A stretch of DNA of 64,000 nt from Enterobacter phage vB_Ent31: sequence record OR567511.1, one strand, 5' to 3'. Position 1 is the stretch's first letter, and every line of letters begins with the position of its first letter. Shown piece by piece: positions 32,791-41,501 of the stretch. Under the pieces are notes generated by a model, which searched no databases, was not told where the DNA came from, and saw only the letters and a list, made by a program, of their open reading frames with translations. The position numbers and the translations under genes are program-made.

Positions 32791-34241
32791 AGACCAGTAA
32801 CCTCATGGAAATCGCCCCAAATATCAGCGAACGTATTTGCTACATCTTTATCACGACGCATTTTAATCGCAATAGGCAAGAACAGTTTGACATAATCCGT
32901 CCGGCCTTCAGCAGCTAACCAGCCATTACATTCGGATTCAAGAATACCACCGATGTATTCATTTTTATTGAGCCAAATGCGAGTACGGTCTAACTCGTGC
33001 CAATCTGAAATTTTGTCTTTAAGACCTGAACCAGCTTTAACTTTAATCAGACCACATTCTGATTCAAGATAAAAACCACCGGCTTTGCCTGGTTGTTTAC
33101 TATGCTCATAGATATCAACAATGCGAAGGTCAATCGTAATAACTTCTTTGAACTTATAAAGGTTTTTAGAACGAGTGTTTTCCCAGAAAGCACCAATGTT
33201 CTTCAGGATAATACCTTCAAGACCTTCATCAACATATTTGCGATAAATGACCTTGGCTTCATCAAGATTATGAACGATGTGGTTCTCAATCAGAATCATC
33301 TGAGAGTAACCTTTAACCATCAGTTCTAATGCACGGAAGCGAACATCATACGCAAATCCAGATTCTTTACCTTCGGAATAAACAACATCCAACGGAACGT
33401 AATCCCATACCTGGAATTTCATACCAGCAGCTTCTTTAGCTGAGATAGTTCCTTTCAGAGATTTATTGGCCAACCCGTTTGACATTGTACGGGATTCTTC
33501 TTTGAATTCCTTAGCTTTACTCAGCTCGGGTAAATCACCGAAGATATCGTCCAATGGACCAGCTGGGAGAGTGCTTGCATGATAGACGAGTTCACCATCA
33601 ATCATTACACCGCCAGGATGACGTTCACGAGCTTCTTTGGTCATTTCAATGAGTTGTTGTTTTAACAAATCAAGACCAAGATACTCGTTACCCGCTCGGG
33701 ACAGAATTTTTACATCATCTAATTCATCGCCACGAACTTCAGCAAATGCTCGGGCACCATCAGCCTTAAGCTGTGCAAATGCAGGGAACTTAATGTTCTT
33801 TTCAATACCTTTTTCATCATAAGATGAAGCAAGCATCTGTGGCTGTTCAGGAATTAGATTTTTCCATACTTTATTCGCAATACTACGGGATGCGCCACAG
33901 CGCAAATCACGAAGCAGAACTTTCTTAAGTACTTCTACATCAGCTTCATTTAGGTCTGCAATATAACTTGCCAATTCAGCAATAGCAGCGTTGCCTGTAA
34001 TTTCACGAGCAGCTAATTTAAATTCCAAGAAATCTAAAGCATCATCTAATTTTAATAGACCAAAGCTTTGAGTGCGTTCTCCGGCTTCTGGCCATTTCTT
34101 GATGTAATACTGGAGCTTACCATCATAAGTCATTCTGAATACTCGCTTCAAAAGCTCATTATCTTTATGACGACGAATGATAGCTTCTTTTTCTTTTGTA
34201 GAGCCGATTGAAGCAAGTTCATTGATAATATCTAAAATCAT
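32787..34241 (-). CDS. 30: ATP-dependent DNA ligase gp30
   Basis: Start is reassigned to MILDIINELASIGSTKEKEAI at 34241 with GAGGTG upstream. Adenylation motif KADGAR. Collinear with T4 ligase (from memory). Confidence 0.9.
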   Translation of the reverse strand: MILDIINELASIGSTKEKEAIIRRHKDNELLKRVFRMTYDGKLQYYIKKWPEAGERTQSFGLLKLDDALDFLEFKLAAREITGNAAIAELASYIADLNEADVEVLKKVLLRDLRCGASRSIANKVWKNLIPEQPQMLASSYDEKGIEKNIKFPAFAQLKADGARAFAEVRGDELDDVKILSRAGNEYLGLDLLKQQLIEMTKEARERHPGGVMIDGELVYHASTLPAGPLDDIFGDLPELSKAKEFKEESRTMSNGLANKSLKGTISAKEAAGMKFQVWDYVPLDVVYSEGKESGFAYDVRFRALELMVKGYSQMILIENHIVHNLDEAKVIYRKYVDEGLEGIILKNIGAFWENTRSKNLYKFKEVITIDLRIVDIYEHSKQPGKAGGFYLESECGLIKVKAGSGLKDKISDWHELDRTRIWLNKNEYIGGILESECNGWLAAEGRTDYVKLFLPIAIKMRRDKDVANTFADIWGDFHEVTGL

Positions 34242-34299
34242 ATTCACCTCGTTTATTTTCCCGAGCGGGTATGACAATTATATCATACCCTTTGTAAAG

Positions 34300-34530
34300 C
34301 TATTGACCATGATACTCACGAATGAGTTCAGCCAAAGTTCGGTGGTAAAGTACTCCACCATTTTTACGAGTAATGTAGATTGCGCCATTGAACATTGCAT
34401 CAATCATTTCACGTTGCTTTTGATTATCAGCATGAATGTTGCGCGCCTTGAAGAACTCTTCTTTGTTTGCGAAACTTTCCAAACGCTTAGTTGTGTCTGT
34501 TTGCGGGAACCATTCAATTACGTTAATCAT
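34300..34530 (-). CDS. hypothetical protein (76 aa; 30.1 position)
   Basis: ORF with ATGA overlap to the downstream gene. Confidence 0.45.
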   Translation of the reverse strand: MINVIEWFPQTDTTKRLESFANKEEFFKARNIHADNQKQREMIDAMFNGAIYITRKNGGVLYHRTLAELIREYHGQ

Positions 34531-35396
34531 GCTTTACCTATAGTAGTTTTAGCTGTAGGCTGACGATTCAGATATTCGATACCTGTCCCAATTCCGTATC
34601 CTACACCTGGATTGTAAACAGGAAGATTACCTGGATGCTCATACCACGGCTTATAATCAGAAGGACCTGGATTTACCCATTTCTTTGGAAATTCTGGAAA
34701 CTTATCAAATGGCCAATTCGGAGTAGTCTTTTCAACCTTTTTGAATAAGTCGCTCAGCTTATCACCAAGGCTTTCCTGGAATTCGCGCTGATTCATCAGA
34801 CGCTGAACATGTTCCCAGTTATGCACCTTTTCTCCATATTTAGAGGAGGTGTCTCGCTGACCACGAGGCATAAACATGCAATTGACTTCACCGCCAAAGA
34901 CTTCATAAGCTGAATCTACATGATGAGGAAGGTCATCAATATAAGCAACAACTCTGTCGCCATATTTTTCTTTGATTTTCTCAAAGAGTTTAGTCTTTGG
35001 TTCTGCGTGGTCACAGATGAAAGTTTCAAGGAAAGCACCTGGGAACAGAGCATTCAAATTGAATTGACGATTCAGTTTAGCATCAACAGAAGTACCAAGC
35101 GCAGTAACCGCAACGAAGTCATACTTATCTTTCAGAGCATTGACAACCTTCAGAGCATCGTCGTATGCTGCCAGATAGCGAATGAAATCTGAGCAATTAT
35201 ATTTGACCATTAGCTGTTGAGCAAATTCTTCGTCTACACCAAACAAGTCTTTTGGAGCAACGAATTGGTCGTCAATAATCATTTCAAGAATGTGATGAAC
35301 AGGCAGATTGTACTTCTGAGCGAAGTAAGGCAAGCCTGATTGCCACTTTACTAATACACCATCTACATCAGTAGAGATAATTGGTTTATTTGACAT
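34527..35396 (-). CDS. HAD-superfamily hydrolase-like protein (30.2 position)
   Basis: 289 aa. N-terminal HAD motif I ISTDVDGVL. Later DD motif YIDDLPHH. Confidence 0.55.
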   Translation of the reverse strand: MSNKPIISTDVDGVLVKWQSGLPYFAQKYNLPVHHILEMIIDDQFVAPKDLFGVDEEFAQQLMVKYNCSDFIRYLAAYDDALKVVNALKDKYDFVAVTALGTSVDAKLNRQFNLNALFPGAFLETFICDHAEPKTKLFEKIKEKYGDRVVAYIDDLPHHVDSAYEVFGGEVNCMFMPRGQRDTSSKYGEKVHNWEHVQRLMNQREFQESLGDKLSDLFKKVEKTTPNWPFDKFPEFPKKWVNPGPSDYKPWYEHPGNLPVYNPGVGYGIGTGIEYLNRQPTAKTTIGKA

Positions 35397-35562
35397 TTTT
35401 AGCCTTCATTTTAGCAATCATGTAAGCCGCGATACAAGATTTACCCGGCAGTGATGGTTGTCCAACTCCACTTAATAGAGTAGTTAACTCTCCTACTTTA
35501 ATACCGCCTTGATTTAAGCGTTTTAAAACATCAAGACCTTTCATATCATATTTGACTTGCAT
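35386..35562 (-). CDS. small ORF (58 aa) below the ORF-track cutoff
   Basis: Manual translation gives MQVKYDMKGLDVLKRLNQGGIKVGELTTLLSGVGQPSLPGKSCIAAYMIAKMKAKNVK. Its stop overlaps the ATG of the HAD-like gene. Confidence 0.3.
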   Translation of the reverse strand: MQVKYDMKGLDVLKRLNQGGIKVGELTTLLSGVGQPSLPGKSCIAAYMIAKMKAKNVK

Positions 35563-35709
35563 AACATTTTCTCAAAGGTTGCGATACTGTTAGCTGGGCC
35601 ACTTAGAGTTATCTCTATGAACCCAGGCTGACTTGAAGGACCAATTCTGTATATACATATGGCTAATGTTCTTGCGTATTCCAGAAGGTCCTTCGTTAAC
35701 CCTCTTACA

Positions 35710-35913
35710 TTAAACTGTTTCATAGACTTCGTCATTAGCAGCTTTAAGAGGTTCAATTTCACATTCTAATCGAATATCAGTATTCCCATCAACCCATTGT
35801 ACTTCATAAGCAGGTTGAACACCATATTCTGGGATTGCTTTGGCAGTATCACAGATGACTCCCGGAATACCGCCTTTTCGCATCTGCACGGGTTGTAAAA
35901 TGTGGTACTTCAT
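35710..35913 (-). CDS. small ORF (67 aa)
   Basis: In the ORF track. Its start overlaps the stop of the upstream 55-aa ORF (GGATGAAG). Confidence 0.35.
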   Translation of the reverse strand: MKYHILQPVQMRKGGIPGVICDTAKAIPEYGVQPAYEVQWVDGNTDIRLECEIEPLKAANDEVYETV

Positions 35914-36076
35914 CCAGCCACCGCATAAGTTGGAATTTGATGAAAGAAGTCAGGGCATTCAAGCTGGTATTTGACTTCTGTATCAGAAACAGTTACACCA
36001 AGTACTTCAATCATTGGATTGCTCAACATGCCGCGTTCAAATTCAGGTGCTTTATTACGAGGAATAGTGATAATCA
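35909..36076 (-). CDS. small ORF (55 aa) below the ORF-track cutoff
   Basis: Manual translation gives MIITIPRNKAPEFERGMLSNPMIEVLGVTVSDTEVKYQLECPDFFHQIPTYAVAG. TAATG coupling to the upstream gene. Confidence 0.35.
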
Positions 36077-36547
36077 TTACAGAGTCTCCAATACAGTTTT
36101 AACTTTAGCTTCAGCAACTTGTTTAACAACCAGAACACGAACGCCTTCAACTGCATTACGAATTTGCTTTTGAGCTTTTTCGTTAGCTTCCTCTTCAGTG
36201 TAAGGACCAACGCAGAAAGGCTGTTGCGAGCGATTAGTTGGAATAGTCATCATCCAGAAATCTTTTGCATCAGACTCTGTTGGTTTAACTTCTTCAAGGT
36301 ACCGTGAAATCTCTTGAGACATAATGATACACCATACTGTGTCAAATGAACCCAATCCAGACTGATGAAGAGAACCGTTAATATCAATAGCTGTTATGCA
36401 ACCGTCTTTATCAAGAGATTTTACAACGAACGGAATTTTTCCGTTGTCAGTAAGTTTAAGAATTGCATCACCAAAGCACGACTGACGAGAAGCATAATCT
36501 TTGATAGCAGTTCCAGTTAACTTGAAAGTTTTTCCAATTATACTCAT
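36077..36547 (-). CDS. hypothetical protein (156 aa)
   Basis: Start is reassigned to MSIIGK at 36547 with GAGGAAA upstream. Confidence 0.5.
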   Translation of the reverse strand: MSIIGKTFKLTGTAIKDYASRQSCFGDAILKLTDNGKIPFVVKSLDKDGCITAIDINGSLHQSGLGSFDTVWCIIMSQEISRYLEEVKPTESDAKDFWMMTIPTNRSQQPFCVGPYTEEEANEKAQKQIRNAVEGVRVLVVKQVAEAKVKTVLETL

Positions 36548-36566
36548 AAATATTTCCTCAAGTGAA

Positions 36567-36580
36567 GGGCCCGAAGGCCC
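36567..36580 (-). terminator. GGGCCCGAAGGCCC hairpin
   Basis: Identical 14-mer also occurs at 47236 and 54987. Confidence 0.4.
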
Positions 36581-36585
36581 TAAAT

Positions 36586-36948
36586 TTAGATTACGAATTC
36601 GTTTGAAACGATATCCCAAATTGCTTCACGCTGTTCTTCAGTTGTTTTCTGACCAAGAACATGACGCAGATAAAGTTTAACCAGAAGTTTGCGATTGTCT
36701 CCGTTCCAAGAAGGATGAGTTCCTAAATCGCGTTTACGGTGGTCATCATGAAAACCAACAGAAATGACTGAACCTTTGAGTTTAACATCTAAAGTTGGGC
36801 CATTTTCAAAACTGATGAAGACGTAGTTATCTTCCCAGTACATATCGATTTGAGCAACTGTGCCATTTTTATGTTCCCAGAGTAAAGTTGTTGAAACGTC
36901 CCATGCATTATCTTGAACGTATTTCTTTTTGAAGTTAGCGTAATCCAT
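36586..36948 (-). CDS. hypothetical protein (120 aa)
   Basis: Start is reassigned to MDYANF at 36948 with ACGGAGAA upstream. Confidence 0.5.
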   Translation of the reverse strand: MDYANFKKKYVQDNAWDVSTTLLWEHKNGTVAQIDMYWEDNYVFISFENGPTLDVKLKGSVISVGFHDDHRKRDLGTHPSWNGDNRKLLVKLYLRHVLGQKTTEEQREAIWDIVSNEFVI

Positions 36949-36984
36949 TTTGTTCTCCGTTGTATCTGTTTGTTTATTGAGTTT

Positions 36985-37022
36985 ATATACTAACACATAC
37001 AACGGAGGATGTAAACGGTTTA
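36985..37022 (-). promoter_or_regulatory. conserved early-type promoter cassette
   Basis: Plus strand reads TATATACTAACACA...GATGTAAACGGTT. Confidence 0.4.
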
Positions 37023-37541
37023 GTTCACTTCTGTGAAAATTGTTTGAGGAACGTACTCGGTTTTGGCAGTTGCAATCATCTTCATAATGATAGCTTTACC
37101 TTCAATGTTTTTACGCAAGAACGACTTGCACGCATCATGAGCTTCTTCGGACGTCATAAGAATAGCTATGGAACGCTCGTCCCCTACTTGGTCCAGATTC
37201 AACCAAACGTTTTCTTTCTTAGTCTGGCCTAAAGCTACATACATCACTTCAACGGTCTTTTCTTCAACCTCAACCAGGAAATTTCTGACTTCAGTGCCGG
37301 TGAACCAAGGACATGAATCACCATTCATACCGTCAATTTCAGCACCTTTTGGGCTTATCCAGCTTTCATTTTCAAATCGGATAAGACCTACAGAACCACT
37401 TGCAATAGCTTCGCCTTTTGCAATGTAAAAAGACTTATCACCGATATACTCAGCAATAAGCTGATTCACTCTCTGATTACAGCCTTCGGTGGATTTTAAA
37501 AAGCCTTCTTTTTCTAAGCGGTACAGAACATCACTTTTCAT
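37020..37541 (-). CDS. hypothetical protein (173 aa)
   Basis: ORF. A hairpin lies upstream of it. Confidence 0.5.
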   Translation of the reverse strand: MKSDVLYRLEKEGFLKSTEGCNQRVNQLIAEYIGDKSFYIAKGEAIASGSVGLIRFENESWISPKGAEIDGMNGDSCPWFTGTEVRNFLVEVEEKTVEVMYVALGQTKKENVWLNLDQVGDERSIAILMTSEEAHDACKSFLRKNIEGKAIIMKMIATAKTEYVPQTIFTEVN

Positions 37542-37565
37542 AGTTTCCTCATAAGGCCCGAAGGC

Positions 37566-37940
37566 CTAGAACATTTTACGTTCGGTCCAGTTATCAAGAT
37601 TAACTGTACCAGTTTTCTTCATTTTTTCAATCAAGTTATCTGCACGAGTGCGTCCATTTTCATACCACACTACATCTTCAGAATAACCATCTTCGTCTTC
37701 ATAAGTTTCAGAACGAATATGACCATGAATGCTTGTTTTCAAAACGTATTCAGTGCCGGTGAACCAATTAGTCAGAATAATGTACCAGCAGAAATCAGTA
37801 GATGGACCTTCAGGAGTCATGCAGTGAACTACATCTCCTTGCCATGAAGACAGATGCCACATTGGCTCTTCTACTTCAATTGCTTTATATCCGTCATGGT
37901 CTTTCGTTTTGATTTTAGCGTTCAGATTAATTGTGTTCAT
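37566..37940 (-). CDS. hypothetical protein (124 aa)
   Basis: Start is reassigned to MNTINL at 37940 with ACGGAGAA upstream. Confidence 0.5.
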   Translation of the reverse strand: MNTINLNAKIKTKDHDGYKAIEVEEPMWHLSSWQGDVVHCMTPEGPSTDFCWYIILTNWFTGTEYVLKTSIHGHIRSETYEDEDGYSEDVVWYENGRTRADNLIEKMKKTGTVNLDNWTERKMF

Positions 37941-37974
37941 TTTATTCTCCGTTACCATATTGGTTATTGAGATT

Positions 37975-38012
37975 CTATCATAACACAACTTTTGGCAGAT
38001 GTAAACGGTTAG
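37975..38012 (-). promoter_or_regulatory. conserved early-type promoter cassette
   Basis: Plus strand reads TCTATCATAACACAAC...GATGTAAACGGTTAG. Confidence 0.4.
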
Positions 38013-38212
38013 AGTTTTTCGCAACTATGGTATTCAGCATCTGCCCAAATGCCGAATGCCGGTAATGATTCTAGCATTGAGTTTCCAACTTCAATTGGGT
38101 CTTCCCATGGCCAAAGTGTAGCAATCTTTTCATAGAAAAAGATTGAATCCATATGTGAATATTCTGCTGGGTATTCTGATGTAACTTTGAAAATAAATTT
38201 ACGTTTAAACAT
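38009..38212 (-). CDS. hypothetical protein (67 aa)
   Basis: Start is reassigned to MFKRKF at 38212 with AGAGG upstream. Confidence 0.45.
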   Translation of the reverse strand: MFKRKFIFKVTSEYPAEYSHMDSIFFYEKIATLWPWEDPIEVGNSMLESLPAFGIWADAEYHSCEKL

Positions 38213-38234
38213 ATGAACCTCTGGATACAAAAAA

Positions 38235-38254
38235 GGGACTCCCGAAGGAGTCCC
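38235..38254 (-). terminator. GGGACTCCCGAAGGAGTCCC hairpin
   Basis: 8-bp stem. Confidence 0.45.
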
Positions 38255-38265
38255 GAACTTATGCT

Positions 38266-38445
38266 TTATGCTTTCTTACGTGGATTACCAAATGCAGCAT
38301 CATGAGCAATAACTTTGCGAGCGCGAGATGCTAGCTGGTCAGCCAATGGATTAATACGAGAGTTAGACCCACGCTTGTAGCCAGCGCGTTTAGAGGTACC
38401 AACAACTTCTTTTACTGCAGTTTTTGCTTTAGTTTGTTTAGCCAT
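38266..38445 (-). CDS. small highly basic protein (59 aa)
   Basis: Start is reassigned to MAKQTKAKTAVKEV at 38445. Lys/Arg-rich. Confidence 0.4.
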   Translation of the reverse strand: MAKQTKAKTAVKEVVGTSKRAGYKRGSNSRINPLADQLASRARKVIAHDAAFGNPRKKA

Positions 38446-38762
38446 TTTTAGTCTTCCATTTTGGAGAAATACATGGGAGCACGTTCTTCCGAGTTTCAAC
38501 TTCTTTCGACAGTTCTTTCGGTTGTAGCTCCCGCAAGCCCTCAAAGGGTACTTTGTGAGTTTTGTATATTTAACGTTCCGGTTCTCACAACCTTAACTAC
38601 ATACGCTCTTATCTGTTGCACACCGTTAGCTTTAAGGGTCCGGGTCTGATTACTCAGGGATAAGATATACACTGATGGATGTATAGGCCTTGAGGCGTAC
38701 TCCCGATTAGCCATCACCTCGGGGTAGCATGCACTTGCCGCTTAACTTGCCTTACGGCAACA
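38446..38762 (-). ncRNA. candidate structured non-coding RNA or leader (about 315 nt, GC-enriched, hairpin-dense, no convincing ORF)
   Basis: Paired segments include GGGAGC 38463-68 with GCTCCC 38515-20, and CCC/GGG at 38526-36. Further pairs are GTGAG 38543-47 with CTCAC 38572-76, and CCTTAA 38579-84 with TTAAGG 38630-35. Also TATACA 38654-59 with TGTATA 38668-73, CCCGA 38690-94 with TCGGG 38707-11, and TTGCCG 38723-28 with CGGCAA 38744-49. Confidence 0.3.
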
Positions 38763-39014
38763 TTACTTCAAGGTCACTACGAAATGACGAACCGCTTTAC
38801 GAGCTGCTGAACACAGAGGTTTAGCAAACTTCAGCTCATCTTTCAGAGCAAGTACATCGCGGAGGTCTGCCTGAACAGGATTCAGATGTTTGAAACCTTT
38901 CAGAACTTCCAGTGCTTCGGCGTAAACGTCGATTGATGCACCGTAGTTATCGTGACCTGCATTCCAGGAGTTGCGCTGCAGATGCAGAGCGTGTTCAAGT
39001 TGTTTGTTCATTGA
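38763..39014 (-). CDS. rIII: rIII-like lysis-inhibition accessory protein
   Basis: About 84 aa from MSMNKQLEHALHLQRNSWNAGHDNYGASIDV...AVRHFVVTLK. Resembles T4 RIII (from memory). Position is immediately downstream of gene 31. Confidence 0.55.
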   Translation of the reverse strand, partial: SMNKQLEHALHLQRNSWNAGHDNYGASIDVYAEALEVLKGFKHLNPVQADLRDVLALKDELKFAKPLCSAARKAVRHFVVTLK

Positions 39015-39151
39015 CATTATGTCATTCCTCAAATGAGGTTAAAAATTTGATGCAGAGCCCAAACTCATTAAAGATGAGATGCATCGCTTAGAAGAAAACA
39101 TGTCATGTCCTTTTGGAGGTAGTTCTCATGTTCTTCACAATTTTATTTATA

Positions 39152-39499
39152 TCACCCGTAGATGCACGGAATTGACTTCCAATGACAAGTAACAAATTTC
39201 TGTGCAATTTCTTTTGGTTTTTTCATACCAGCAGCGACAAGCGGATGAGGTACATTACGAATCTGACCAGTTGGCAGCGGCACTAACATACCGACTTCGA
39301 AAATACCTTCAGGAACATCCGCACCGATTGAATAGATTTCACACATATCAGGGATTTGTCCGGTTTCTTGTTTGCCGATAACAATACCGCCAGAAGAAAC
39401 GATTTCATCACCTTGCTGAGGAGGTTCAGAAACCAAGATAACATGTTCGCCGATAGCTTTAATTGGTAAATCCATTGTTACACCTTGTTGTTTGAGCAT
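39152..39499 (-). CDS. 31: co-chaperonin gp31 (GroES analogue)
   Basis: 115 aa. ...[10 protein letters not shown]...[15 protein letters not shown] closely matches T4 gp31 (from memory). Confidence 0.9.
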   Translation of the reverse strand: MLKQQGVTMDLPIKAIGEHVILVSEPPQQGDEIVSSGGIVIGKQETGQIPDMCEIYSIGADVPEGIFEVGMLVPLPTGQIRNVPHPLVAAGMKKPKEIAQKFVTCHWKSIPCIYG

Positions 39500-39531
39500 G
39501 AAATAATATTATCATGCTCATATTTAAGCAA

Positions 39532-39888
39532 TTAACCTTTAACCTGAACCAGTTTCAGCAGATGCTCTACTTTAACACCATTTACTGAAACGATAGAATC
39601 TAGTTTGAATGAACGCCATGCGTGTTTTTCAGTGTCCCACACTGGAATAGCTTCAGTAGATTCTTTACGAGACACCTGAGAGCCAACGCTTTCAACCAAG
39701 TCACTTGGAATGATGTCATGGTCACGAGTACAACGCAGAGAACGGATAGTACCGTCTACTTTCTCAAATACTACTTGAGATTCGCCACGAGCCAGAATTG
39801 GTTTCAGAGTATCACGAATTTGTACTTTTTCAGCTTCAGTCAGTTTAGTTTTCTTAGTCATTTTCAACACCACAGTAGTTTTCAACAT
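39532..39888 (-). CDS. hypothetical protein (118 aa)
   Basis: ORF between cd and 31. Confidence 0.45.
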   Translation of the reverse strand: MLKTTVVLKMTKKTKLTEAEKVQIRDTLKPILARGESQVVFEKVDGTIRSLRCTRDHDIIPSDLVESVGSQVSRKESTEAIPVWDTEKHAWRSFKLDSIVSVNGVKVEHLLKLVQVKG

Positions 39889-40420
39889 TATACCAATTGA
39901 GTTTGTTCAAGTTCGTCTTAGGAACATGATGAATCTCAATACCAGCATCGCGGAGGATATTATCCCAACCGTCGACATTTTTATCGTATGTTTCACAATA
40001 TACGAGTTTCTTAATTCCAGATTGAGCAATAGCTTTGGCGCAGTCTGGGCATGGTGAAAGTGTAACGTACATCGTAGCGCCTTCAATTGAAGAACCATTA
40101 CGTGCTGCGAACAGAATAGCATTCAACTCAGCATGTATTTCGTTAATTTTCGACCATTCAGAATGTTCAGCTCGGAATTTAGTGTCTAATCCATATTTTG
40201 GAATTGGACCATCTTGACGAAGACCAGTTCCGGGTTTCTTAACTAACCACCCTTTATCTTCGGCATGGTCGCAACAGTTAACTCCACCAGCAGGAGAACC
40301 ATTATACCCGGTAGAAATGATACGACCATTTTTCTCAATAACTGCACCGACTTTCCAGGAGCAGCATTTCGATTCTTGGGAAATCAGATAAGCGATTTGT
40401 AAGACGGTGCTAGCTTTCAT
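39854..40420 (-). CDS. cd: dCMP deaminase
   Basis: 188 aa. Zinc-binding deaminase motifs CCDHAE and SPCPDCAKAI. N-terminus MKASTVLQIAYLISQESKCCSWKVGAV matches T4 Cd (from memory). Confidence 0.9.
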   Translation of the reverse strand: MKASTVLQIAYLISQESKCCSWKVGAVIEKNGRIISTGYNGSPAGGVNCCDHAEDKGWLVKKPGTGLRQDGPIPKYGLDTKFRAEHSEWSKINEIHAELNAILFAARNGSSIEGATMYVTLSPCPDCAKAIAQSGIKKLVYCETYDKNVDGWDNILRDAGIEIHHVPKTNLNKLNWYNVENYCGVEND

Positions 40421-40767
40421 TATTGAATCACCAAATAGTTTGAACGGTTGGTTTTAATCATTGTGATTTCAGTATGAAGAGGAATTATCTCTTGTACCGT
40501 ACCAGTGATTATAAACACCCCATCTTTAAAGCGTTTCTTTCCATCGAAGAAAACATCGCCATAAAAACGTTCACCAACGACAGGAGGTGTTTGGTCTTTA
40601 GAAGTGATAAGGATTCCATCATACTCGGCGCAAGAATTCACCAGACGGTCACACGCTAATACAGAACGAATGAATCCAACTCCATCTTCAGTGAATTGAG
40701 ATTTATCACCACACGCATTGTAATGTTCTTTTCGGACACCATGAAAGATGTCAGTTAAATTCATCAA
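40420..40767 (-). CDS. hypothetical protein (115 aa)
   Basis: ATGA-coupled ORF. Confidence 0.45.
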   Translation of the reverse strand: MMNLTDIFHGVRKEHYNACGDKSQFTEDGVGFIRSVLACDRLVNSCAEYDGILITSKDQTPPVVGERFYGDVFFDGKKRFKDGVFIITGTVQEIIPLHTEITMIKTNRSNYLVIQ

Positions 40768-40994
40768 ATTATATCACCTAATACGTTAGTCATTGTAACA
40801 TGCCCATAACGGTCAAGAGTTAACAAAGCTGTTTGGTCCTTTCCATTATGAGTGATTGTAATTAAAGCTCCATTAGAAACGCGGTCAGGACGGAGCTGAA
40901 CCTCAGCTCCTGGTACTTTATTTGCTAAAGCCTGCGCGAATTCTTTAAGCTTTTCCCGAAATTCAATTCGGCTAAAAGTTTTATCAGAAGTCAC
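40764..40994 (-). CDS. hypothetical protein (76 aa)
   Basis: Coupled ORF. Confidence 0.4.
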   Translation of the reverse strand: MTSDKTFSRIEFREKLKEFAQALANKVPGAEVQLRPDRVSNGALITITHNGKDQTALLTLDRYGHVTMTNVLGDII

Positions 40995-41277
40995 TGTTGT
41001 CCCAGCTATAAATTACAGAGAAGAAAATAGGGTCATCTTTATCAACATCTAAACGGAAATCAAAAGTCATCGAATAGCTATTGAAAGATGGCGTAACTTT
41101 AAATTTAATGCCTTTCCACAGAATTTGTAAAGCACCTACAATATCAGCATGAATTTGCGCATGTGTTGGTGCTGTTGCTGGAACAAACAGAAAGTTATCT
41201 GCAACCTGAGCTACAACAACTTCAGCTACTTTACGAAAACTTGAAAGACCTGGACGTACTTCAGTATGAATTCCCAT
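40984..41277 (-). CDS. hypothetical protein (97 aa)
   Basis: Coupled ORF. Confidence 0.4.
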   Translation of the reverse strand: MGIHTEVRPGLSSFRKVAEVVVAQVADNFLFVPATAPTHAQIHADIVGALQILWKGIKFKVTPSFNSYSMTFDFRLDVDKDDPIFFSVIYSWDNSDF

Positions 41278-41495
41278 TAGTGCACCGTATGTACTTTAAC
41301 GTTAACGACAAAGTGAGTAACAACCTCACCAATTGGAACGAACTCTACATAATACTCATCTTTGTATCGAGAGTTCATATCGGTGCGAATTTGAGCAAGC
41401 TTATTGATGAGCTCAGGTGTCATATTCATACCGACGATTTCACGAAGAAGCTTGTAAGCCTCCTCTTTAACCTGTTCGTGTTTATTATACATCAT
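41277..41495 (-). CDS. hypothetical protein (72 aa)
   Basis: Coupled ORF. Confidence 0.4.
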   Translation of the reverse strand: MMYNKHEQVKEEAYKLLREIVGMNMTPELINKLAQIRTDMNSRYKDEYYVEFVPIGEVVTHFVVNVKVHTVH

Positions 41496-41501
41496 TTCAC
41501 C

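Noticed and set aside
35541-35762. 73-aa minus-strand ORF overlapping two other small ORFs
   Set aside because: It cannot coexist with both 35386-35562 and 35710-35913 and has a weak RBS. Left unresolved and not called.
38461-38649. 62-aa plus-strand ORF inside the candidate ncRNA region
   Set aside because: No RBS. Antisense to the whole early operon. Cys/Leu-rich nonsense translation of a GC-rich structured segment.
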